Shown here piece after piece: positions 12,820 through 23,378 of a stretch of 64,000 nucleotides of DNA (position 1 is its first letter; each line of letters begins with the position of its first letter). The notes beneath the pieces were generated by a model. That model was not told the origin of the DNA and did not search any database. It saw only the letters and a program-made list of their open reading frames with translations. Position numbers and translations under genes: made by a program. The stretch comes from Zygnema circumcarinatum SAG 698-1b. Its lineage: Eukaryota > Plantae > Zygnematophyceae. The stretch lies in NCBI GenBank assembly GCA_037447605.1, contig CM074808.1, positions 1,488,001 through 1,552,000 of the forward strand, given 5' to 3'.

Positions 12820-14104
12820 ATGGTTTGGCTACGTTCCACTGGTTTCTTCCTCAGTGCGAGAGCTGCACGCAGCCATTTCTCAAGGCAGGCGAGCACAGTC
12901 TCTCGCTCTGAGGAGCAGCGGATTGGGGATGCTGCAAAGCAGCGATTGGCGCAGGGAAGGGTTGCAGGGGACGAGGAGCTGAAGCCTACAACACTGCAGA
13001 TTGGTGCAGGACTTGCTGTCGTGGCTATTGTGGCTAAGCTCGTCATGATGGTGAGCTTCATGCCTGAAGTCTTCACTAGCACAAATCAAGCGTTTAATTT
13101 GGGAACTGTTAGTGAAAGTTTGGACTTCTTAGTTTGCTTTTATCTGTAATGTTGGTAAGTTTCGAGGTCAACTTCTTCTGAAGATCCGAAGCTTGTAAAT
13201 TTTTCTTCACATACTTGTGGAAGTAAGGATTTCAGCGGAGTAGCAATTACACTTTTCTCCAAAAATCTGCATACGCACTTGGTTTAATTTTGGCAATTCA
13301 TGACGAGAAACGAGCGTCTGAGATCCGTTTGCCAGGTTAAGTTACCTTGTCAGCAGACTGCATTGGAAAGCAAGAGGCTCTGAACCAAGGGTGTTGACTA
13401 GTTGTGATTGTTTGTTGATTATTCGATAGCCTTTGAACCAACGGTGTTGAGTCAACTTGTCCGGTAGCACTCAGGAGGTCAAGTAGATGACTGTGATTCT
13501 TTGAGATAAAAGGCTTTTAGCATAATTATACTTGCCTTGCCAAGCAGGAAAACAGCCACTACCTTCCTGACTGGTAAATCGGGATTGGCGGCCACACGGG
13601 CGACAGTACGATGAGTCGGTTGAACCGGAGAGGGTGGCACAAAAAGCCCGCAAAATTGCGAAAGAGCAAGAAACTTTGAAGCCATACACTAGGGAGGAGT
13701 GGGACGAGCTGCAGAGCTTGCGCCCACGGACTCCCTTTGAGAGCAGTCTTGGAAGGGATGGGGCACGCATTCGCAGTGGAGAGCCAGTGAGCTTGGTGAG
13801 TTCTCCTCACCCTTGCGCTTCAATCAACTCAAACTTTTTAAGTCTAGGGTTCGTGAGGTGTGCAGGTTTATCCCCATCCTGAAAAACATCTTCGTCTGAT
13901 GTGGTACTTAATCTTGTCTTTTTGAAAAATGGAATGCCCACAAGAGCGAGGGTCTCTTTGATTCATGTATCTAATTATGCTAAGCTTTGGATTATTTTCC
14001 TGGATTGTGAGCAGGAGGATTTGCGCAACTGGGTGATTGATGTATTCATGGAAGCTCTTCACGAGCGTGAAGATGCTGTCAGTCGACTTAAGAAGCGGTG
14101 GTGA
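12820..14104 (+). CDS. Small conserved plant single-pass membrane protein, probably organelle-targeted; three exons
   Basis: Exons at about 12820-13050, 13609-13790 and 14018-14104 join in frame: R/S-rich presequence, TM segment GAGLAVVAIVAKLVMM, then YDESVEPER...PYTREEW...RPRTPFES...ARIRSGEP / EDLRNWVIDVF. Resembles an uncharacterised plant family from memory. Confidence 0.7.
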
Positions 14105-14951
14105 CAAGGGCTCCGCTCTGCTTTAAGTTTGAAGACTTGCCGTCGCGGCAAGTTGGCTTGTCCTCGCTCAATTGCAAACTGTCCCTTACCTGTGTGCTCT
14201 ATCCACATTACTACAGATACAATTAGCATGGAATCTTGTAATTGACTCTTGGCTTTAGAACCAACCAATTATGAATGTAAGTTAGTTGTTTTGCTTTAGA
14301 TTCCAGATTTCAACGAGTTGGAAAAATGGAACGATCATATTCAATATTCATGATATTGTAATCAAGGAAATTTGTTCTTGGGCACTTGTCTGTTCGAGTT
14401 CATGGCCATGGCTATGTTGTAGCCAGGATGTTTTCGTGCGATAAACCGGCAACGGCAGCCTCTTCCTTACACCCCTTTTCCCTCCAGAGCATCCTTTAAT
14501 GATTTCAGAACGTCAATGTATGTCTGACCAGAAAACTAAGCATTCATTCCCTTTGGCCAGACATCATTGCATTGCTTCAAGATGCTTCGAATGTGCAATG
14601 CCAGGCCTAAAATGCACGTGCATTGCATGGTACCACCCGGACCAAAGCTAGAAAGCTTTAACATGTATTCTAAATTTCCGAACGAACGAGGTCAAACTGA
14701 CTGCAACGACTATGCTCGACGAGAGCCGAACCCTCTGGCTGCAAAAAGATGTCGATTGGAAAAGGATGAAAGATCATCCATTTATAGCTCCCTGCTTCAA
14801 AGTTACCGCGATTATAACTACTGCCGACAATCCATATGCCGGTTTTTGATATAATCCGACAAAAAATGCAGGTGAGCCTGCAGCAGGCCCTTACGCATTG
14901 TGCTAATAGTGCAAGCCAACATCTGTGAGTACAGAAGGGGAAAAATGGTTT

Positions 14952-16419
14952 TCAATCAATTCGAAGGACCTCAATTTCAAACACTAGCTCAGAATTTGGT
15001 TGGATGCCCCAATGCGGAAATCCTCCAGCGCCATATGCATAGTCAGGGGAACACTGTAGGCCCCAACACAAGCATGAAAGAATCAGTGTCTATGCTGGTT
15101 TGTACGAAGATTTCCTCTGTAACCGCAAAAAAATGCAGGGACGACGTTAACGGGCAGCAAGACCTGAAGAAACCTTTCATTTGGAGGAAGGTGGGGATGA
15201 GGTCATGTTCACATGGCTCTTAAAATGCATCGAGTGACCCTAGGAATCCTTCCCACATCTATGCTCAGTCTGAATAATGTGCCAAGCACTATTCAATAAT
15301 TTCCAACTAAGTTCTCAATGTTTTCTAACCCGTTTGGAAGCACTTCTGACTCTCAAAGCAAAAAATAGTTCCTTCAAACCATTTCCGAGTTGCAATCAAG
15401 CACGCAGCCATTACACAGCAACAGCAATTAATGTGATCTGACCTTCAGTCGTGCAACTTCTCCAAGCTGCATCCCCAAGACGCCTTCATCCCAGCCTGGC
15501 CACGTTCACCATCGCAAAGAAAAGCTGTTATATTACCACTTTAAAAGCACAGCCTAAGTCGTTCGGTATTTCCAAAAGTGACGTTTGCCTACAGGCCACA
15601 AAATTCCTGACAGAAATTGTAAAAGGGCATTTCTTATATTATACGTCTCCAAGGGTATCAGAATAGACGAAAAACAAGTAAAGTATATGTCAAGAGAAGG
15701 ATTATCATATGCACTGTTTACTGTTTTCTGGTGAAGTACTGAAATGTTTTTTTAGAATGACAACGATGAAATCGATGAAAAGGCCCGCCTTGCAATAGTT
15801 TGCGAAATTAATGGTAACGCCTTGAGCGATGGCTTATTGGTATCTAGTAACGCAAAGTTGCAAGCGGAGGTCAAGTACACACCTTTAATAACTCTTCCTA
15901 ACCCCACTTGGAATTCAAATGGCTTCTGGCCTGGGTCTTGGGTGCTGAATAAAAGTCACACGCAAAGAAGCACTTCAATGTCAATCGACTGCAGAACCTT
16001 TAATGTTCGTAAAACCGGGTGAAAGGGAAGCCAAGTGTTGATGCACACAGCACAAGCCAACTCCAGAAGTATACAAAAATGTCTAGACAAAATAATCTTC
16101 CAGAAAAAAATCCGAACAAGCACGGCAAAGTATCTCACCTCCAAAACTTCTTTGAGAGGTCTCGATCTTTACCTGAAAAGGCAAACAAGAACCAATGAGA
16201 GCCCTGTTAATACGAGCTGAAAGCTGCTAAGAAACCTTCCACGCCTCCTCTTTCAGCCACATACGCGAAAATGTGACACTATTATCACAGCAAAAAGCAA
16301 CCCTGTCTGCAGCGCTGCAATCCAACCATACCGTAGCCCGTGCAATGCACAGTGACGCGCTGTCCCTTGCTCGGATACGGCCCTCCGCCAGGCCGAATGA
16401 TTTCCTTCACCACACCCAT
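14952..16419 (-). CDS. FKBP12: FK506-binding peptidyl-prolyl isomerase FKBP12; five exons
   Basis: Spliced product [29 protein letters not shown] / [11 protein letters not shown] / [21 protein letters not shown] / [18 protein letters not shown] / [33 protein letters not shown] is collinear with plant FKBP12. It is absent from the ORF track because the exons are short. Confidence 0.96.
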
Positions 16420-16760
16420 GCCGGACTACTGCTGCCTCTGCTGAGCTTTTCGCTAATCCGTCTGCCAATATTCCCTCTCCTTACCTTATTTACAACAGCC
16501 TGCAGCTCGAGCCAAAGCACTGCCTTTATCAGCTGTGTTCTTTAGGCTTCTCCCCGACAATATTAAGCGGACACTGCCACGGACGCTGGTACTCGTCTCC
16601 GCGACGACCTCGCTCTTTCAGTCCGTTGCGCACACCGCGCTCGCGCCTAGCTGGAGCGTCATCCAATGAATTTGCGTCACGTGTAAGTGTCTATACACGT
16701 GGCATGCTGTTATTGGTGATCGTGCTCATTGGGAGGGAAAGTCGCGGGCTCCCTTGGATT

Positions 16761-16806
16761 TCTCCCACATATTTGCAAGCGCAAAATCCAAAGGCTTCCA
16801 ATAAAC
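16761..16806 (+). promoter_or_regulatory. snRNA promoter: USE-like TCCCACAT at about -68 and TATA-like CAATAAA at about -30
   Basis: TCTCCCACATAT at 16761-16772 and CAATAAA at about 16799-16805 relative to the U2 start at 16831. This matches the land-plant Pol II snRNA layout (USE RTCCCACATCG, TATA about 30 bp upstream). Confidence 0.7.
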
Positions 16807-16830
16807 TGCAGTCGAAGTCTTCCAAGAGGT

Positions 16831-17026
16831 ATACCTTTCTCGGCCTTTTGGCTAAGATCAAGTGTAGTATCTGTTCTTATCAGTTTAATATCTGATACGT
16901 GGTCCATCGGACCACATGATATTAACCTAATTTTTCAGGGTGGAGGGTCCAAAGGCCAGCTTGCTGGTCGGATCCTTCAGCGTCGCCTCAGTATTGCACT
17001 ACATCTGAGGTCGGTGCAGCCCTCCC
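16831..17026 (+). ncRNA. U2: U2 spliceosomal snRNA
   Basis: Begins ATACCTTTCTCGGCCTTTTGGCTAAGATCAAGTGTAGTATCTGTTCTTATCAGTTTAATATCTGATA, including the branch-point recognition sequence GTAGTA. It has an Sm site (AATTTTTCAG), a stem-loop IV loop (TATTGCACT) and a downstream 3'-box-like CA..AGTCAAT at about 17041-17060. Confidence 0.97.
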
Positions 17027-18303
17027 CCAACGGGGACTACCAATGAAAATTGAAGTCAATACATCTTTTATTGCAAGGTTAATAAGACTATGTCAATATC
17101 CCAAGTGAAGATGTTCAAAAATTGTAATTAATAATTGGAGCTGTCCGATTGTAAGTGAATATGACTGTCTTAAAATTATTTCAGGACAGGAGTAAGGCTG
17201 GAACTGAATAAATTTTGGTGTTTAATGTTGTACTTTCTTAGGCATCATACAGCTTCCGTGCCTAATCACCTTTGCAACACGATAAAACATAGACTCAAAT
17301 AAGACACGTGCGAAAGTTACAAGGCGCTGTTACAAGCGAACAGATAAACAATTGAAAAAGTCGTACTGTAGCCATAATTTCACAAAACTGATTCGAACAG
17401 AAAATTTAGAGTTCAATTCATATATATTAATATACCTGAACGTTTCCGCAGAAGTGAAAAATGGCATTGAACTCACGATGGCGAGGCCATCAGATGATGC
17501 AGGGCTCGGTTGAACTATATACTGTGTCTTCTTCTGCCATGACTCATGGTCAGACCACAGAGCACAGTCACCCTTTGAATTGCATTGGCAACTACCAGAA
17601 AGTGCGACAAGCAGAAACCCGAATTGCCCGATGTTGTAGTGAGGGTATGGGCCGTTCTGACATGTTATATACTTTCTTCTGTTGGAAGAAGCCACGAAAT
17701 TGTGGAAAGATCGCAGCCAGATTGCATTCAGAAAGCGAATTATTACGTCAATGGAAAGTCTTGGCAGTTGGCACACCTTACAACTCCGATGAAAAATTTT
17801 GTAACTGGCTTGAGAAGAATTCGCAAGTGAGCGTTAATGTGATTGAATAGTATTTGGGCCCTTTGGGGATATTTACAGAAAATTCCAGCCACATGCTGTC
17901 AAACCCTTTCAGGTTTTCGAGTTATGAACCGCTCTTCATGATGCAAACAACTACGCTTTACAGGAGGCTACTCTGAAGAGCTGAGGGATCCCACGCAATG
18001 GACGAATCACTGCTCCACACCCTTTACTTACACACTTCTTTTCCTTCGCAGCACATTGAGACCAAAATGTACCCTACTGTACAATGCCAAACTCAACACC
18101 ACACTCACACCTAAAAAACGCGCACACAGCCAAAATCTCAGTACACTAGCCACTAGCATTACTGAGCCATACAGAAAAGGCGACCACGCATATACAGCAG
18201 AGGCCTCCGCGTTGGAGAACCCCATTATTCCTATCAAACAATCAATCAAATCAATATGTACACTGCATCTGAGATATACACACTGTACAGCAACCAGTTG
18301 TTT

Positions 18304-21300
18304 TCAAGGACGGAGCCACTCCAAAATATGGGCAGCCGCCAGTTCAGGTCGGTCGTCGTGGGGGCAATGGCCCACATCCTTGAGAGGCACCACGCTCACA
18401 TTGGCTCCCTCCAGCTCCATTTTTTTGAAGTAACGAGCCAACTGTCAAACCACCATACGCCAGATCAATATGAGGTACAGGCAATGACAACCATCACAAC
18501 CGACTTTTCATGACTAATTTCATACTTTCCTGAAACATTTGGATACTCTGTGCACAGGAGACACTCAGTAAGCAGATCAACATCTGTGGAGCAAATGGCT
18601 GTGCTGGATGGCAGCCAGGTTGGAGGACTACTGCCAAACAATTACTTGCCAGGCCAATTCAGAACATCGTATCTTATCACCTTCTTCAACGTGCACCAGT
18701 TCTGGATCAAAGGACTGCATTGTTGAGCCCATACTAGCATAGACACCCGATGACACACGTGATATTCAGTTGTAACGTTTACATTTGATTCACATGCCAA
18801 CCTTCATGAATGTGAGGTGATACAAAGAATCCACCACTTGAACATACCCTTCCATTTACTGACGTCCAAGGATCACGATCGCCCCACAAAACCAGCATAG
18901 GCAAATCAATTTTCTTCATCAACACCTCCGGCCTTGGTCCTGCAAGACCCACGGGAGCAAGTCAGATCCACTGATCCAAACAGAAAAGAGTGCATAGGCA
19001 CTTCTGGAAATGCAAACCTAAGCTGCATGAAGAAGCAAGACAAAAGAACTTCTGCCCACCTGGCTCTCCTGTGAAAACCTTCACGAAAACGTCAACAGCG
19101 CCAGGATGATTTGATGGCTCGTACAAAATGTCCACCTGCAAACACAGCCCTCATCCTTTGCTTATAAGTCAAACAACTAATTTACAAACTACACAGTCTA
19201 CAATTGCTTAGTAGATTACAACTGCATTCATTACATTTGAAAAAAAATTATGGTGAAACGGAAGTAGGGAAAAAAATGGCCTTTCAACATAAGCTTAAAC
19301 TAAAGCATCTAATAAGGAATTTACCAGATGATCCGTAACAGCATTTCTGTCGCGGTACACTTGCTGCTGCAGAATTTTGCGTACATTGGCTTTGCTCCTG
19401 AACCTGCAGCCATGCCGACCCCTACTCTTAACCCTAGCTTGAAACGACACAAAAAAAAAACACACAATAATGACTCCACTGTCTTGATATGCACGCATGA
19501 AGGATAACCTTAGCAATAGGGTAGAAACATACTTATCAAAAAGGAAGTTTGCAACACGGGGATCGCGAAGCAGATTTTCAATCACAATGAAGATCGGAGA
19601 TAGGGCCGCTAGTAGTGCGCCCTCTTGTAGCAGGCCTTTACGATTCATGCCACCTGCCACGTTCAAGAGCACCAAACTACTGCAAGCCCAACCAGCAAAT
19701 ACATGAGAAAAAAATCAATTATAATGAAAGTGAGATCCACCCCCCTCCCACCCCGCAAACTTGCGTCAAGTGTCTAAAGCATGTTCAATATCTGTCAGAT
19801 GCCAACTAAGAAGCTTTGTAGTCGCCACTGGCCTAGAGACACCCATAGAGGCTTCAAGAGAAAAAGACTCTAAGGGTTAATAAGTACAAATCCTTGACGA
19901 AATTAAAAATAATAGGTTGCCTGAACTTTTGTCACACCAACAGGCTTGAATACGAAAGCAGCATACCTGAAGCACCCTGGCTCAGCTTTGGCAGCTGCAT
20001 TCATAGCAGTTAACGAGCCAATTGAATTTCCAATAAGCACTGCAGGTTCCTCAGCAAACTCTTTGGCGAAATCTGCATGGCCAAGTCCAGTTTAGCTTAA
20101 TAAGCCACTGGCTTCCACAGGCTCGAGAACTTTGTAAGAAGACGTTCAGAAACCGTGATAACACCAAATGCAGTCGACCAAACAAATCCAGAGAAAGAAT
20201 CGTTGCCAATATGGCATCGGCGCCACCAAAAATCTCAGTTAATCGATGCAAACACAATGGCCTTTCTAAGATACTATAGAGAACAGAAACTTGAAGCTAT
20301 CAATCTTTAAGAGTGTGATGTGGGAGAATATGGACGAAACTGTCATTGAAAAGCAAGTAACCTTCAATCTCCAACACTCGCTCAACCATCCTCAACCACT
20401 CCTCACCAAGAATTATGTCAGCCCAGAGATCCGGACCATACGGCGCATCCCGAGGCTTGTCCGAATCACCGAATCCAAGGAGGTCCACCGAATACACACG
20501 ATGGTGGTCTGCTAAATGAGCAATCAAGTTCCGAAAATGACCTGCATTGCCTCCTGTGAATGGAAACATGAACAAAAAGATAGGAAGCTTAGGCTAAAAA
20601 ATGTACACTGAATTTGGGAAACGTAATGAACAGGACACTTTTAGTTCTCAACAATTTGAAGTAGCGAAGACCTTGCCTGCGTTGACCTAACAATGAGGCA
20701 AGATCTTGCCTTTCGACAAAATCGTGCAGAACAATGACAAGCCCACATTAAGCAAAATTATGTGCAGGATCAGATAGAAGTATCAGTGCAGAGACATCAA
20801 GCATGGAGACAACATAAAGGTGTGAAACGAATCACGAGGAAGGCATCCGACCACCAAAGCACGGCAGCAGCGCAAGTTCCACTGAACAAAATGAATCGAT
20901 TCAGAAGCTTTCCACAGGAGGCAGAAAGGTGGGCTTCTAGACAAATGCAGACAAGCCATGCAGGGATAGAATTTGAGCATAATGTTCGGGAAGCCCAGAC
21001 CCAGCCTTTCATCGACAAGAATCATCTGGCCAGGCAGACAGCCCCCAAATTAATCTCTGTGCACATAGTCGCTCGCATTTCAACAGCCAGAAGGCCTCCA
21101 GCCAGCCGGCTTAATTGCGCACAGTGGAAAATCCAGCCTATTCGATATGAAATCAATAGAGATGTCTTACGGACACGTACCAAACCCGTGCACCAGGATG
21201 ATAGGCTTCCCGCAGCCAGCAACCGCATAGCTAAGTTTGTGTCCTCTGTTACAAAACAGACAAACAAACGTAACCAATGAGTCCCAAAATCCACTTCTGC

Positions 21301-23378
21301 TGTTCTTCTCACACTCGAGGCTTGCAGTCGTCCGCACTAGTACTAGGTTTCATGCATCATAGCCCCTAAAAGTTCCGTAGTCAGAGAAAGTCGCTTGCAC
21401 CATCTGCATCTGTATCGGGCTCAAAGAGAACATCAGAGCATTTAGGACTCCCCAAGCACAGAAATAATATCCATTTCAAGAGTGCGATTATTAGCAGATC
21501 ATGTCCGGGAAGCCCAGACCCAGCCTTTCATTGACAAGAATCATCTGGCCAGGCAGACAGCCCCCAAATTAATCTCTGTGCACATAGTCGCTCGCATTTC
21601 AACAGCAGTAAGGCCTCCAGCCAGCCGGCTTAATTGTGCACAGGCGGAACAACATTTCATCGGGACTCGGATTAAATTGTAATAGCACATTGCTCCATCA
21701 ATCTGTCAGTTTTGCACGCTTCTTTACAACCTATTTCAAGCTACGGCGCCTAGACGAAGCAGATCTCAGAGTAGATGCAGGCTCCTATAATCCTCAACAT
21801 CCATAGTCACAAAATTCCAAAAAATTCAAAGCAACAAACTCGCAGAGATTCAAAAGCCGTATCTTCGCAAGATAGGATGCCTTTGGGACTGCAATCAGGT
21901 AAAAATCATGGAGTTCCTTCTCTCGGTGCATACAAATCTATCAATATATAACCTTCCAAACGGGCACATCCGCATAACAGGGCGATGCATGAAATAGATC
22001 ATGCACAAATGTAAGTGATGACAGATGTATTACAAGGTAAAATATAAAAAGGTACTTGGTTACAAATAAAGAAGGGAAGCAATAATTACCAACCTCCACA
22101 TCCAAGAGTGCGACTTGAAAGGAAGTGCCAAAAAGTCCTCTTCTGCTTTATGCACTCCGTTCACAATTTCTGTCAGCGAGACTCGCCATTCCACTTCAAG
22201 CTGAACTGTCACACTCCCACCTCGCAAGCCACCCTGCTTTGGGGAACCCACCCATACTCCTTGCACACCATCCAGCTCAAGAAGCCTTTCTTCTAATCTG
22301 CACCGAAACATAACAAAAAGTAATAGAACATTAGGTTCACGGATGATACGGTCCACGACCATCAAATAAGGAAGGGTTCCAGTTAAAAACTGAAAGGTGT
22401 GGTAGTCGAGGGTGTCGGGGGAGGGTCACGAATAGCTCGAAGCAATCCATCAAGAACGACTGCTCAATTGTCAAAATTGTGGAATGATTCTTGATTCTTC
22501 GAGCATTTTGCTTAAGATTAACAAGCTTCAGATCCACCGCACATACCTGAGCAAGGCTTCGTCATCTAGAGTACCATGAATCCTGCAAATACCAACAGCA
22601 CACATGTGAGCACAAAACCACCTTCCTAGTGCAAAGAGTATGCTAAGACCTCCACAGGTAATGACCAGTAAGAGTCCAACCACTTGAACTAATAACAAGA
22701 CAAGCAAAACCCAAGTAGCTATGCAAACACAAGAACATTTCCAAACGTCTGTCTGAATCACCTAAGAAACCTTCAGAAATAGAGCGAGCCAACTAGCTGA
22801 TCAGTGCTAATTATAACAAAGACCACCTACTAACGCAGTGCAAACTACCTTTGCCGCGAGATTGAGAAAAGTAGACACAAAACAAAATGTAAGAACAATC
22901 GAAACGCTTCTAAGATTTCCAAACGAGTAACTGCGAAGTTCACACAGTTACTATTCCAAAAGAAGAGGATGCGCCATACATACGTTAAGGACACGGTACG
23001 CGTGTCGTCAATAGATCGGCGAAGATCTTCACTGGGCGCAGATACAGCCTCAATCATCTCAGCTATTTCCACCTCTGCCTCCTTACGCCTCTCATCTGCT
23101 GCACTGCGCTCCTTGACAGCTGCTGAGATTGCTGATCTTCCTCTCTTTAACGCAACTTTATTAACTCCAGGACATCCTACAGCTCCCTTACTCAGACCGC
23201 CAGTGGTATTCAGATATTCAGACTTCCAAGACACCAGCAAGTCCCCTGACAATTTCAAATCCTGCCAGCAACCACGCCTAGGGCTGCAAAGCCGTTTAGA
23301 CCCGGCGCAAGTTACTGCAGCAGTATGCACACAACCTGTGGCCGCTGATTCCAGCAAAAAGCTAGATGCAGTCGCCAT
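18304..23378 (-). CDS. Plastid alpha/beta hydrolase (CLD1/pheophytinase-like family) with an N-terminal HMA-like domain
   Basis: Exons give SHSWMWR / GHKLSYAVAGCGKPIILVHGFG / GNAGHFRNLI...VDLLGFGDSDKP / AVLIGNSIGSL (nucleophile elbow) / VLLNVAGGMN / LVLWGDRDPWT / DVGHCPHDDRPEL. The Ser-Asp-His triad motifs are intact and the splice phases I checked are consistent. Confidence 0.9.
20980..21124 (-). ncRNA. Intronic box H/ACA snoRNA, copy A
   Basis: 145 nt: hairpin closed by CTGTGCGCA/TGTGCACAG, H box AGATTA, second hairpin (GGGGGC/GCTTCC lower stem, CCTGGCC/GGCTGGG upper stem) and ACA 3 nt from the end. It lies on the host strand inside an intron. Confidence 0.8.
21499..21643 (-). ncRNA. Intronic box H/ACA snoRNA, copy B
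   Basis: Near-identical paralogue of copy A in the adjacent intron, with a perfect CTGTGCACA/TGTGCACAG stem, AGATTA H box and a terminal ACA followed by TGA. Confidence 0.8.

Noticed and set aside
15250-15260. TCCCACATC USE-like motif
   Set aside because: It lies inside an FKBP12 intron with no TATA or snRNA-like sequence at the expected distance.
17330-17850. Overlapping 148-, 129- and 81-aa ORFs downstream of U2
   Set aside because: No family motifs or splice-supported structure; probably non-coding.
17931-17981. C/D-box-like segment (ATGATGC...CTGA with a GCTCT/AGAGC stem)
   Set aside because: Only about 51 nt, imperfect C box, and no rRNA or snRNA complement recognised.
18545-18612. 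Hairpin followed by ACAGAGTA in another hydrolase intron (third H/ACA candidate)
   Set aside because: Only one hairpin is convincing, there is no complete H plus ACA architecture, and the pocket matches no rRNA sequence I recall.
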